Source of the DNA: a virus
Strand: one strand, 5' to 3'
Virus record (IMG/VR): IMGVR_UViG_3300031992_000005
Coordinates: 1-64,000 of that record
Length of the DNA: 64,000 nt
A program made the translations under genes and the position numbers. Position 1 is the stretch's first letter. Every line of letters starts with the position of its first letter. The notes under the pieces were generated by a model. It saw nothing but the letters and a program-made list of their open reading frames with translations. It ran no database searches and was not told the DNA's origin. Of the stretch, positions 45,780 through 52,991 are shown piece after piece.

Positions 45780-45832
45780 CAGGACCTCAAGCCCTTACAG
45801 GTGTATATAATTAATATTAAAAAGATTAGACT

Positions 45833-46423
45833 ATGAAATGGGAATGGTATGAAGTAACAACTGAAGTCTTAAAAGAAGCTTTGGAGTTTTATAGCAAGCC
45901 TGAAGAAGACTGGATCAAAGATGTAGTTATTGAAGTCCAAAATCCAGCTAGCTTAATAAATTCAAGAGTATATCTTACTGCAGTGCCACCAGATAAGATG
46001 GATAAAAAATTGGCAGAAGTAGCAAAAATGATTTCAGTTATTGTTGTTAACCCAGGAGAAAAGTTTGCCAGAGTTACATTAACGCCAATGAATCAATTTT
46101 TTGGTAGTAGTTGCTTAGAGAAACTTTTCGGAAATGTGTATAAGCCACATGAACGTAGCTATCTAAATTTTCTCAAACAGAAAAAGATAGAAGGTGAATC
46201 TTTTGAGAAATATCTCAATAGGATGTGGTATATATTCTGTAACGATGAACGAGTACGGGTCGGAATCGGAGAAGAGGATATTTATAACCCTAATGAGAAA
46301 TTCGTTAGAATTAGGCCTATATACTACGACACTTGGTTAGACTTGATGAAATTATATACAGAAACAGGAAACATTAAATACCTTATACCTGAACAAGATA
46401 TTAAAATTTTTAAAGTTAAATGA
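45833..46423 (+). CDS. hypothetical protein
   Basis: 196-aa ORF. Confidence 0.6.
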   Translation: MKWEWYEVTTEVLKEALEFYSKPEEDWIKDVVIEVQNPASLINSRVYLTAVPPDKMDKKLAEVAKMISVIVVNPGEKFARVTLTPMNQFFGSSCLEKLFGNVYKPHERSYLNFLKQKKIEGESFEKYLNRMWYIFCNDERVRVGIGEEDIYNPNEKFVRIRPIYYDTWLDLMKLYTETGNIKYLIPEQDIKIFKVK

Positions 46424-46887
46424 GTAAACATTTCAGAGGTATATTTTTAAATGTATACTTACTAGAAGCAGATATAGTCCGATATTTAGAGGGTAAAGGC
46501 TATAAAATTATTACATTAAATACCGCGATAAAGACTTTTTGCAACTTAAAGGATACCATTGATGTAAGACCTTTCTTAAGTTCTTCTACTAGGTATATGA
46601 AACTCTGTTATAAAACAGAAGAGGATTATCTTCACTTAAGAGATATGGTAGAACTACTCTTTAGTGGAGTAATAGGAGAGGTTAAAACGTGGTTAGATAT
46701 TAAAGAACCTAAACCAAATTTAACTATTAATATCAACTATATCAGTACTGGATTTCTATTTACTGAAGAAAATGGCAGTTTCTATGACCACGTTGCCCTT
46801 AAGGTAGGTAAAAAGTTATTGAAAGAAAATTTAAAAAAGATATTAACATATGAAAAAGGCGAAAACGGCAATAATATTTTTTCATAG
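46420..46887 (+). CDS. hypothetical protein
   Basis: 155-aa ORF with a 4-nt overlap onto the previous ORF. Confidence 0.55.
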   Translation: MSKHFRGIFLNVYLLEADIVRYLEGKGYKIITLNTAIKTFCNLKDTIDVRPFLSSSTRYMKLCYKTEEDYLHLRDMVELLFSGVIGEVKTWLDIKEPKPNLTININYISTGFLFTEENGSFYDHVALKVGKKLLKENLKKILTYEKGENGNNIFS

Positions 46888-47782
46888 ATCAGACTACGAT
46901 GGCCTATTTTCAGGCTTTATCGCAAAGTCTAAGTTACAAGAAGACGGATACCTAGTTACATCAATAGGCTGGACTTATGGAATGCCTATTCCAAAAGAAT
47001 TAAAACAACGGACATGGGATGTTGTAGTAGTAGTTGACTTGAGTTTTCCACCAGAAATAATGGATAGTATTGAAAACCTGGTTTGGATAGATCACCATGA
47101 TACTTCCATTAAAGATAGTAAACCTTTCAAATACTTCTTCTCTCCCGGAAAAAGAGTATTAGGTAAAGGTGCTTGTGAATTAGCTTGGGAATATTTCTAC
47201 CCAGAGATTGAAGTGCCATTATCTATACAATATCTGAGTGCATATGATGTACATGATATGAAAAGATTTGACTGGCAAGAAAAATCTCTACCACTACAGT
47301 ATGCATTGAAGGCGATGTACGGTAACTCTAAGGATCCGTTGTTTGAAGAATTTGTAAATCTAACCAACCCAGGTAATCTTAATAGGGTGGATGAGTTAAT
47401 AGAAACCGGAAAAATAGTTTTGCAATATGCAAGACGAATGGCTGAGATAGCTGTAAAGAATTACGGTTTCGTAGTAACTGTAAATGAAAAATATAGCGGA
47501 TTATGTATAATCACTACTGATTTCAAGGCGTCTTTGTATACTGAGCTAATGATTGATAAATATGATATCTTAGTTCTAGTTAACAGAAAAAGATCCTCAC
47601 CAGAAGATATATTTATAGTGGGCTTTTATTCTGAGGAAGGAAAACTTGACTTCTCTTTAGGTGATTATGCAAAAGAAATTGTTAAAGGAACTGGAAGAAA
47701 CGGAGGTGGTCATAAGTGTGCCTCTGGTTGTGAAATAGATAAGGAACAGTTCCTAAAACTAATTAGTAGTAAAAAAATATAA
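46850..47782 (+). CDS. DHH/DHHA1-family phosphoesterase (NrnA/RecJ-like)
   Basis: 310 aa. FHRSDYDG, VVVDLS, WIDHHDT (DHH motif) and GGGHKCASG (DHHA1 GGGH motif). Confidence 0.75.
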   Translation: MKKAKTAIIFFHRSDYDGLFSGFIAKSKLQEDGYLVTSIGWTYGMPIPKELKQRTWDVVVVVDLSFPPEIMDSIENLVWIDHHDTSIKDSKPFKYFFSPGKRVLGKGACELAWEYFYPEIEVPLSIQYLSAYDVHDMKRFDWQEKSLPLQYALKAMYGNSKDPLFEEFVNLTNPGNLNRVDELIETGKIVLQYARRMAEIAVKNYGFVVTVNEKYSGLCIITTDFKASLYTELMIDKYDILVLVNRKRSSPEDIFIVGFYSEEGKLDFSLGDYAKEIVKGTGRNGGGHKCASGCEIDKEQFLKLISSKKI

Positions 47783-47816
47783 AAAAATTCAGTGGGATTC
47801 GTCCCACTGTTTTTAT
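47783..47816. terminator. bidirectional terminator between convergent genes
   Basis: CAGTGGGA/TCCCACTG 8-bp stem flanked by A7 and a T-run. Confidence 0.8.
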
Positions 47817-47817
47817 T

Positions 47818-48237
47818 TTAAAATAATTTTTCTAAAAATCTAACAAGTTCACTTAATAATTCTTCGTGTGGTTTAATACAAATCCACTCCCAAATCATAA
47901 AGTAATAGATAACACACGTTAATATGCAATCTATTACAATAAAAATATACTTATCAGGTCTTTTTATAATAGATAAAACTAGGATCAGTAAGAATCCAAA
48001 CTTAAAACTACTAAAAAATAATCCCCCAATAAGAAAAACCCAGTATATAATATCAATAAGAATAAAACAAATATACCTAGACTTTAATTTTTCTTCATCG
48101 TGGTCTAGGTTTTCTTCTTTCAATATTACATCTCTTCCTTTATCAAGCCCCTCCTTGAAAAAAGTAATGTTTGATAATTTCCATAATTCCCATACGAAAA
48201 ATATCAAAGCTCCAAAAATAATAATCGAATCAAACAT
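47818..48237 (-). CDS. membrane protein
   Basis: 139 aa with about four hydrophobic helices. Confidence 0.55.
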   Translation of the reverse strand: MFDSIIIFGALIFFVWELWKLSNITFFKEGLDKGRDVILKEENLDHDEEKLKSRYICFILIDIIYWVFLIGGLFFSSFKFGFLLILVLSIIKRPDKYIFIVIDCILTCVIYYFMIWEWICIKPHEELLSELVRFLEKLF

Positions 48238-48257
48238 AGCATAAATAGTATATTATA

Positions 48258-48278
48258 TCTAATATAAGGCTTTTAAAC
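48258..48278 (-). promoter_or_regulatory. phage promoter-like motif
   Basis: Plus strand reads TCTAATATAAGGCTTTTAAAC. A divergent plus-strand variant, AAACTCTTACTTATG, is adjacent. Confidence 0.45.
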
Positions 48279-48331
48279 TCTTACTTATGTAAAAACTTTA
48301 TTTAGTATTAATTTTTAAATAAAAAAAAAGC

Positions 48332-49501
48332 ATGGAACAAGAAAAAGAAAAATTAGTTGGTTTATCAAAAACGAGTTGGCATTATAAGCTCGTTAGATTT
48401 TGCTGGAATATTGAGCCAGACAAAGTCTTTAAGAACCTATGTCCTTATTTCTGGCTATCTATTGCTTCAATCCTAGTAGTTATTCCGATAGGAATCTATC
48501 GAGGAATTATCAGCCTAGCCAAGGAGTGGGGTAAGTATATCTCAAAAACCCTTGACAAGGTTAACTTATCTAGGGTTGATTCAATTCTCGATTCGTTCGA
48601 TAAGATGGATTTGTTCTTCTTTTTGATGAACGAAGCACCTTCTAAGCTTGGAATAGAATTTGATGAGCCTGATTATGACGATTATCGTTTCTTAAGAGAT
48701 TCCGGATCAAGGGAATATAAAGCCCTAGATCGAAAAGTAGAAATAATCAGAGATGCTTCAGAAGATTACTATGTAACCTATAGCGACTTGCTTGAGAAGA
48801 TTAAGACTAGAAGAAATCTCAGCAATGAGGATATTTACTCTTATAAGAAGATCTTTCATAATAGAGTGGAAGAGATTAGGAAAAGAGTAGAGAAAGAAAG
48901 AGCTGAGCGGGCTGAGGAAATGATGAAAAAAGATATCCGAGAGAAAAAGATGAAGGAAAGACTGTATGTCATTGGAAACTATACAAAGAGCTTCTTGACC
49001 GGTGTTTTCATCGCCATTCTGATAGCTTTTGGATTCATAATACAACACCCATTTATTCAGTTGGTTCTGACAGCCGACGGAGAAGATGTGCTTGGATTCC
49101 TAAAATTCGTGCTCATTGTTTGTGCAGCCTTAGCTTTTCTTCTGTGTTGCGTATTTCTTGGAATTCAGTCAGCAGAACTCCTGAATTCTTATAAGGACGT
49201 AGGTAAAGACGCATTGAAAGGATTAAATAAGTTTGAAAAAGTATCTGTTATTATATTACTTGGTCTGGCAAAAACAGCCGTAGTAATTAAGGACGTACTT
49301 GTATTCTTGTACAAATATCTCATATACTATCCATTGTATAAATTCCTATACTGTACAATTCTAGGAGGAATTGGAAGAGGATTTGTAGAAGGAATTCAGG
49401 AGTTTGGAGGTATATTTTCAGACTACTTCAATGCCTCTTATTCAGATTATTGCCCAAGTATTGATTGGGACAACGAAGAAAAAGAAAAAGAAAATAATTA
49501 A
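48332..49501 (+). CDS. membrane protein
   Basis: 389 aa with several TM helices and a charged K/E-rich middle segment. Confidence 0.6.
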   Translation: MEQEKEKLVGLSKTSWHYKLVRFCWNIEPDKVFKNLCPYFWLSIASILVVIPIGIYRGIISLAKEWGKYISKTLDKVNLSRVDSILDSFDKMDLFFFLMNEAPSKLGIEFDEPDYDDYRFLRDSGSREYKALDRKVEIIRDASEDYYVTYSDLLEKIKTRRNLSNEDIYSYKKIFHNRVEEIRKRVEKERAERAEEMMKKDIREKKMKERLYVIGNYTKSFLTGVFIAILIAFGFIIQHPFIQLVLTADGEDVLGFLKFVLIVCAALAFLLCCVFLGIQSAELLNSYKDVGKDALKGLNKFEKVSVIILLGLAKTAVVIKDVLVFLYKYLIYYPLYKFLYCTILGGIGRGFVEGIQEFGGIFSDYFNASYSDYCPSIDWDNEEKEKENN

Positions 49502-49516
49502 AATTAGAAAAATATT

Positions 49517-50053
49517 ATGTACTACTTTATTATATTAGCAATTATTGTATTAATTTCAATAACTTGCTTGAAAAACAGCGTAGCAAAAAAAGGTATCTTG
49601 GTTGTAGTATTTATTGCTGCAATTATAGGAGGCATACTTGGTGGTATTATCGAAGGTGCTATTATTCGAACCTCTGGAATTAAGGCAGAGAATATCACAA
49701 CTACCTCAAAATTTGAACCTTATGTAACAGACTCAGTTATGACAGAGGATTGTATCATTCGTGAGGGCAAGGGTGGAATATTTGAAGACAAGTATTCACT
49801 GAGTGATATTAGAGGTGGAGAAGGTCTAGAACATAAGATTATTATTGTGAATGATTCTCTTCAGCCCGGTATCTTGACAGTTAAGAAAACTCTAGCTCAT
49901 AGAGTACTTCCGGGGATACCAAGTTTCAAAATGACACTTGAGAGTAAAAATTATGTAGTATTACCAAAGAAGCAGTATGAAGTATTCAAGACTATTGAAA
50001 ATCATGCTAGAGAAAGAGAAGATTCATTGGCGAAGGCTAAAGAATCTGTTTAA
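49517..50053 (+). CDS. membrane-anchored hypothetical protein
   Basis: 178 aa with two N-terminal hydrophobic helices. Confidence 0.55.
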   Translation: MYYFIILAIIVLISITCLKNSVAKKGILVVVFIAAIIGGILGGIIEGAIIRTSGIKAENITTTSKFEPYVTDSVMTEDCIIREGKGGIFEDKYSLSDIRGGEGLEHKIIIVNDSLQPGILTVKKTLAHRVLPGIPSFKMTLESKNYVVLPKKQYEVFKTIENHAREREDSLAKAKESV

Positions 50054-50228
50054 AGCAATTGACTCTATCTCTGGAAAATTGGTATCTTGGCCGATAATAG
50101 TAGTGCTAGTATCTATTGCGCACTATTGTTTTGCGGCAATGCATTTCCTATTTGAAACTTATCTTTATCTCTTCAATAGAGATCAGTTTGAATTAAATAT
50201 GGTATCCTTAAGCAAGAGGTTAGCATGA
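49977..50228 (+). CDS. small membrane protein (start uncertain)
   Basis: 83-aa ORF with one TM. Its stop overlaps the next ATG (ATGA). It overlaps the previous ORF by 77 nt. Confidence 0.4.
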   Translation: MKYSRLLKIMLEKEKIHWRRLKNLFKAIDSISGKLVSWPIIVVLVSIAHYCFAAMHFLFETYLYLFNRDQFELNMVSLSKRLA

Positions 50229-50380
50229 AAAAGACTAGTTTCTGGCATAACCTTCTTAGGGGAATGATATACCTCCTGGTATGCAAAGGCATATTTTGGT
50301 TAATGCCTTTTCAAGATGCCATAGTACTTATCTCTGCGATAGTAATATGTAATTTGGATCTCATAAATGAGAAAAAATAA
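50225..50380 (+). CDS. 51-aa small membrane protein
   Basis: MKKTSFWHNLLRGMIYLLVCKGIFWLMPFQDAIVLISAIVICNLDLINEKK. Followed by terminator 50389-50420. Confidence 0.4.
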   Translation: MKKTSFWHNLLRGMIYLLVCKGIFWLMPFQDAIVLISAIVICNLDLINEKK

Positions 50381-50388
50381 AAAAGAAA

Positions 50389-50420
50389 GAATAGAGCCCG
50401 AAAGGACTCTATTTTTTTTT
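50389..50420 (+). terminator. intrinsic terminator
   Basis: ATAGAG/CTCTAT stem plus T9. Confidence 0.65.
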
Positions 50421-50480
50421 GTCTCCAAAGATTAAACGTTTATTTTAAAAGCTTTAGTTCTAATTCACCGTTTCCGCCTG

Positions 50481-50512
50481 AGGTTCTATACATACATATG
50501 TATAGATTACCT
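50481..50512. other. strong isolated hairpin
   Basis: AGGTTCTATACAT, loop ACAT, then ATGTATAGA-TT-ACCT: 13 bp with a 2-nt bulge. It lies in the 170-nt spacer between two terminators that face each other. Confidence 0.7.
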
Positions 50513-50590
50513 GGCATCTTCAGTACGAGCTTCACCCGTATACGATTTATCAGACCTAAAGTGTTAAAATTGTTTCTATAAAGGTTACAA

Positions 50591-50640
50591 ATAAGAAAAG
50601 AGAACCTTAACTGAAATTGTTGTGTGTGTTAAAGTTCTCT
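50591..50640 (-). terminator. intrinsic terminator of the 58-aa ORF
   Basis: AGAACCTTAA/TTAAAGTTCT stem (1 mismatch) followed by a T-rich run on the minus strand. Confidence 0.55.
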
Positions 50641-50648
50641 TCTCTCCA

Positions 50649-50825
50649 TTAGAGTTTGTCTGTCACCGTTTTCAGGTGAAACAAACAGTACGTTGTCATC
50701 AAGAACCAGATACCAATTGAAATCTGGTTCTCACAGAATGGCCGGTAATCGGCCAAAAGAAGTGCTAATCCAAAAAACATTCCTATGAAGGAAATAATTC
50801 GGATTATTTTAACTAATTTTTTCAT
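50649..50825 (-). CDS. 58-aa small membrane protein
   Basis: MKKLVKIIRIISFIGMFFGLALLLADYRPFCENQISIGIWFLMTTYCLFHLKTVTDKL. Promoter-like motif upstream (about 50877-50890), terminator at 50591-50640. Confidence 0.45.
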   Translation of the reverse strand: MKKLVKIIRIISFIGMFFGLALLLADYRPFCENQISIGIWFLMTTYCLFHLKTVTDKL

Positions 50826-51055
50826 GTCGCTAATTTTTTTTTGTTATAATTTCTATAAATAGGTTACCTATATCTTCTCTATATAGGATTTATGATCTCC
50901 GATTATAGTTCACTGTGAGTATTTTTCTATTTATACTCTGACCTCTTCGGTCTTTAGATTCCTATAATAGTCAGGCTGTAACCTAACCACCGGATATCAC
51001 GCTCTATTACTTCAATGATTTGGATTTACAGATCCTCCTCATCTTTTCATAGTTC

Positions 51056-51071
51056 CTCAGGACGTCCTGAG
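51056..51071. repeat. 16-nt perfect palindrome CTCAGGACGTCCTGAG
   Basis: Read directly from the sequence. It contains an AatII-like GACGTC core. Confidence 0.9.
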
Positions 51072-51178
51072 TACTGCGCTTTGATCGAGACCCTGCCAAA
51101 GATTCTTCATCTTCAGGTTTCTCGTCCCGTAGATAATCTCTTCGATTATCCAAAATTTTGTATAAAAATTATTTTAAA

Positions 51179-51221
51179 ATACCCCAAACGTACCTCAATA
51201 TTTGTGGGTACTGCGGGGTAT
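51179..51221. other. two-tier hairpin
   Basis: ATACCCC/GGGGTAT (7 bp) enclosing GTACC/GGTAC (5 bp). Confidence 0.7.
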
Positions 51222-51497
51222 GTGTCTATAAATAATAGTGTTATTGTCTTCTTTAACACTTTAACCTTTTATACGCTCTGAGCCAATACATCAATCGGGT
51301 ATAACAACTTCCCTTTTTCCCAATCTCCTGGTAAGATTGATGCGCTATGCTATTTTCTGTTCGCTCAGACGAACCCAAGTACTATCTATCTTGGCTGTCC
51401 TTATATAGGTCCCCCATAGCCACCTTCAGTATGCCTATATAAGTTAGTAGTATACGTTTCAACTACATAGTATCGGTATATATTTATTCATATATAA

Positions 51498-51511
51498 CCT
51501 TATATATAAGG
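51498..51511. promoter_or_regulatory. palindromic (potentially bidirectional) promoter motif CCTTATATATAAGG
   Basis: The motif reads the same on both strands. Two further plus-oriented variants lie at 51399-51409 and 51431-51443. Confidence 0.5.
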
Positions 51512-51574
51512 CTTTCACCAGATAACAAAAAGGAAAAAAATTTCGGTCTATTTCCTTAAGAATGTACTAAAATT

Positions 51575-51697
51575 ATGAATATTATGAGAAAATTAGTGAA
51601 TTTTAACATGGGAACGCTATTATTAATAAATTTTTTAGTAATGGCAGTTATTACATTAGTGAGACTTGGTTATCGGATCGCTGAAAATGGATATTAA
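51575..51697 (+). CDS. 40-aa micro-ORF, one TM
   Basis: MNIMRKLVNFNMGTLLLINFLVMAVITLVRLGYRIAENGY. It lies downstream of the palindromic promoter at 51498-51511 and overlaps the next ATG. Confidence 0.35.
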   Translation: MNIMRKLVNFNMGTLLLINFLVMAVITLVRLGYRIAENGY

Positions 51698-52271
51698 AAT
51701 TTGGGATGGAGGCTATTTTTATAGTTTTGTGGGGAAATACTATCCCCAACTAGACTATAAAACTGAGTTTGAACAATCTACAGATCCTATTGGTACGGAT
51801 CCAAATCTCCCTATTCTTGATTTCAAAGAACGTATCCTATTAGTTGCGCCTGATGTTAAAACGGGTGACATAATGAAGTTTAGTTCTACTAGAATTCTAC
51901 TTAGTAAATGTAGGAAGAAGTATAATGTGGTCGAGCAGGTGCATATTGTACATGAGTATTTTTACCCTTTTAATAAGATAATAGCTAAACTTCCACTCTA
52001 CATGAGGTATTGCTATATCTTCGGAGATAAGAATCAAGTCCTGGAAGAATATAAAGATATTCTAAAAAGAAGCTACCAAAAAACCTTATCACAACAAGTA
52101 GTGAAAACTACGGTACTAGAAGCGATTAAAAGTACCATCGAAGAGTATTCTAAAGTGGGTACGAGAATTGTTATAATAAGTGCAGAAAGAGATCAAGAGC
52201 ATTCTTTTAAGAGTGTTCTAGTGAATTCTTTGAGAGAGAATGGAATAATTGTGGAAAAATTATGGGATTAG
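51687..52271 (+). CDS. hypothetical protein
   Basis: The ORF track starts at a TTG (51666). I prefer the ATG at 51687 (MDIKIWDGG...). Confidence 0.6.
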   Translation: MDIKIWDGGYFYSFVGKYYPQLDYKTEFEQSTDPIGTDPNLPILDFKERILLVAPDVKTGDIMKFSSTRILLSKCRKKYNVVEQVHIVHEYFYPFNKIIAKLPLYMRYCYIFGDKNQVLEEYKDILKRSYQKTLSQQVVKTTVLEAIKSTIEEYSKVGTRIVIISAERDQEHSFKSVLVNSLRENGIIVEKLWD

Positions 52272-52756
52272 TATTAGCATGTAGCAGGTTTAGCTTTCCT
52301 AAGTATGTTGAAGAATTTGGCGGACCTAATTCAAAGGATTCCGCTTACATATCTATATCAGCAACCAAGGAATGCGCAGAATATTATCTACAATATAATC
52401 TAAGTAGAGATTGGGAAAGTGAATGTTCTCATTATCTCTTAGATTCTGATAATGTTTGTAATGTAAATTTCGATGACCTAGAGAAAGATATTGTTTTTAC
52501 GGATAACATAGTATTCAGAACAATATCAGAAGAACAGGCGAAGAAAATTGTTCTTTTTATTGAGAAGAACTTAGGAAAAAATTTCCTAATTCATTGTAGA
52601 GCTGGCATGAGTAGAAGTCAAGGAGTAGTTAGGTTTATCTTAGATACCTACCCCGATTATAAGGAACACCCTGATAATCATTGCATTACTCCTAACATGG
52701 AAGTTGTAAGAAAGCTTAAGAATGAATATTGCAAAATAAAAAAAGAAAGGGATTAA
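52262..52756 (+). CDS. CX5R protein-tyrosine / dual-specificity phosphatase-like protein
   Basis: 164 aa. The LIHCRAGMSRSQG signature (HCxxGxxRS) lies in the expected C-terminal third. Confidence 0.7.
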   Translation: MGLVLACSRFSFPKYVEEFGGPNSKDSAYISISATKECAEYYLQYNLSRDWESECSHYLLDSDNVCNVNFDDLEKDIVFTDNIVFRTISEEQAKKIVLFIEKNLGKNFLIHCRAGMSRSQGVVRFILDTYPDYKEHPDNHCITPNMEVVRKLKNEYCKIKKERD

Positions 52757-52781
52757 TTTCCCTCTCTTTTTTTTTCATTCC

Positions 52782-52991
52782 TTACGTATCTCTTGTAAGT
52801 ATTGTCCAGAATATGGCTACTATTAATACGATCATTACTATAGGCCATAGCCATAGCATGAAAAACTTCAAGATACGCTCTAAGAGTTTATTCTTGAAAG
52901 TAATTCTCCTAGTAAGATTATATTCCTGTAGGGTCATAAATCCTACTATCAAGTAGCAAATTACTATAAATGTAATTTCAATGTAACCCAT
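52782..52991 (-). CDS. small membrane protein
   Basis: 69 aa with two hydrophobic helices. Confidence 0.5.
   Translation of the reverse strand: MGYIEITFIVICYLIVGFMTLQEYNLTRRITFKNKLLERILKFFMLWLWPIVMIVLIVAIFWTILTRDT

Larger units (their letters stand above)
50900..51400. other. approx. 500-nt non-coding, hairpin-rich region (candidate structured RNA or cis element)
   Basis: There is no credible ORF on either strand: stops of all three kinds interrupt the one minus-strand frame I translated in full, the other frames showed only short ORFs by eye, and the only long ORF (51015-51281, plus strand) looks spurious. It contains several 5-8-bp hairpins and a 16-nt perfect palindrome. It is visibly less AT-rich than its flanks. 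Confidence 0.5.

Noticed and set aside
51015-51281. 88-aa plus-strand ORF inside the non-coding region.
   Set aside because: It has no upstream promoter cassette, an implausible Ser/Ile/Phe-rich composition and no motif. The region is better explained as non-coding structured DNA or RNA.
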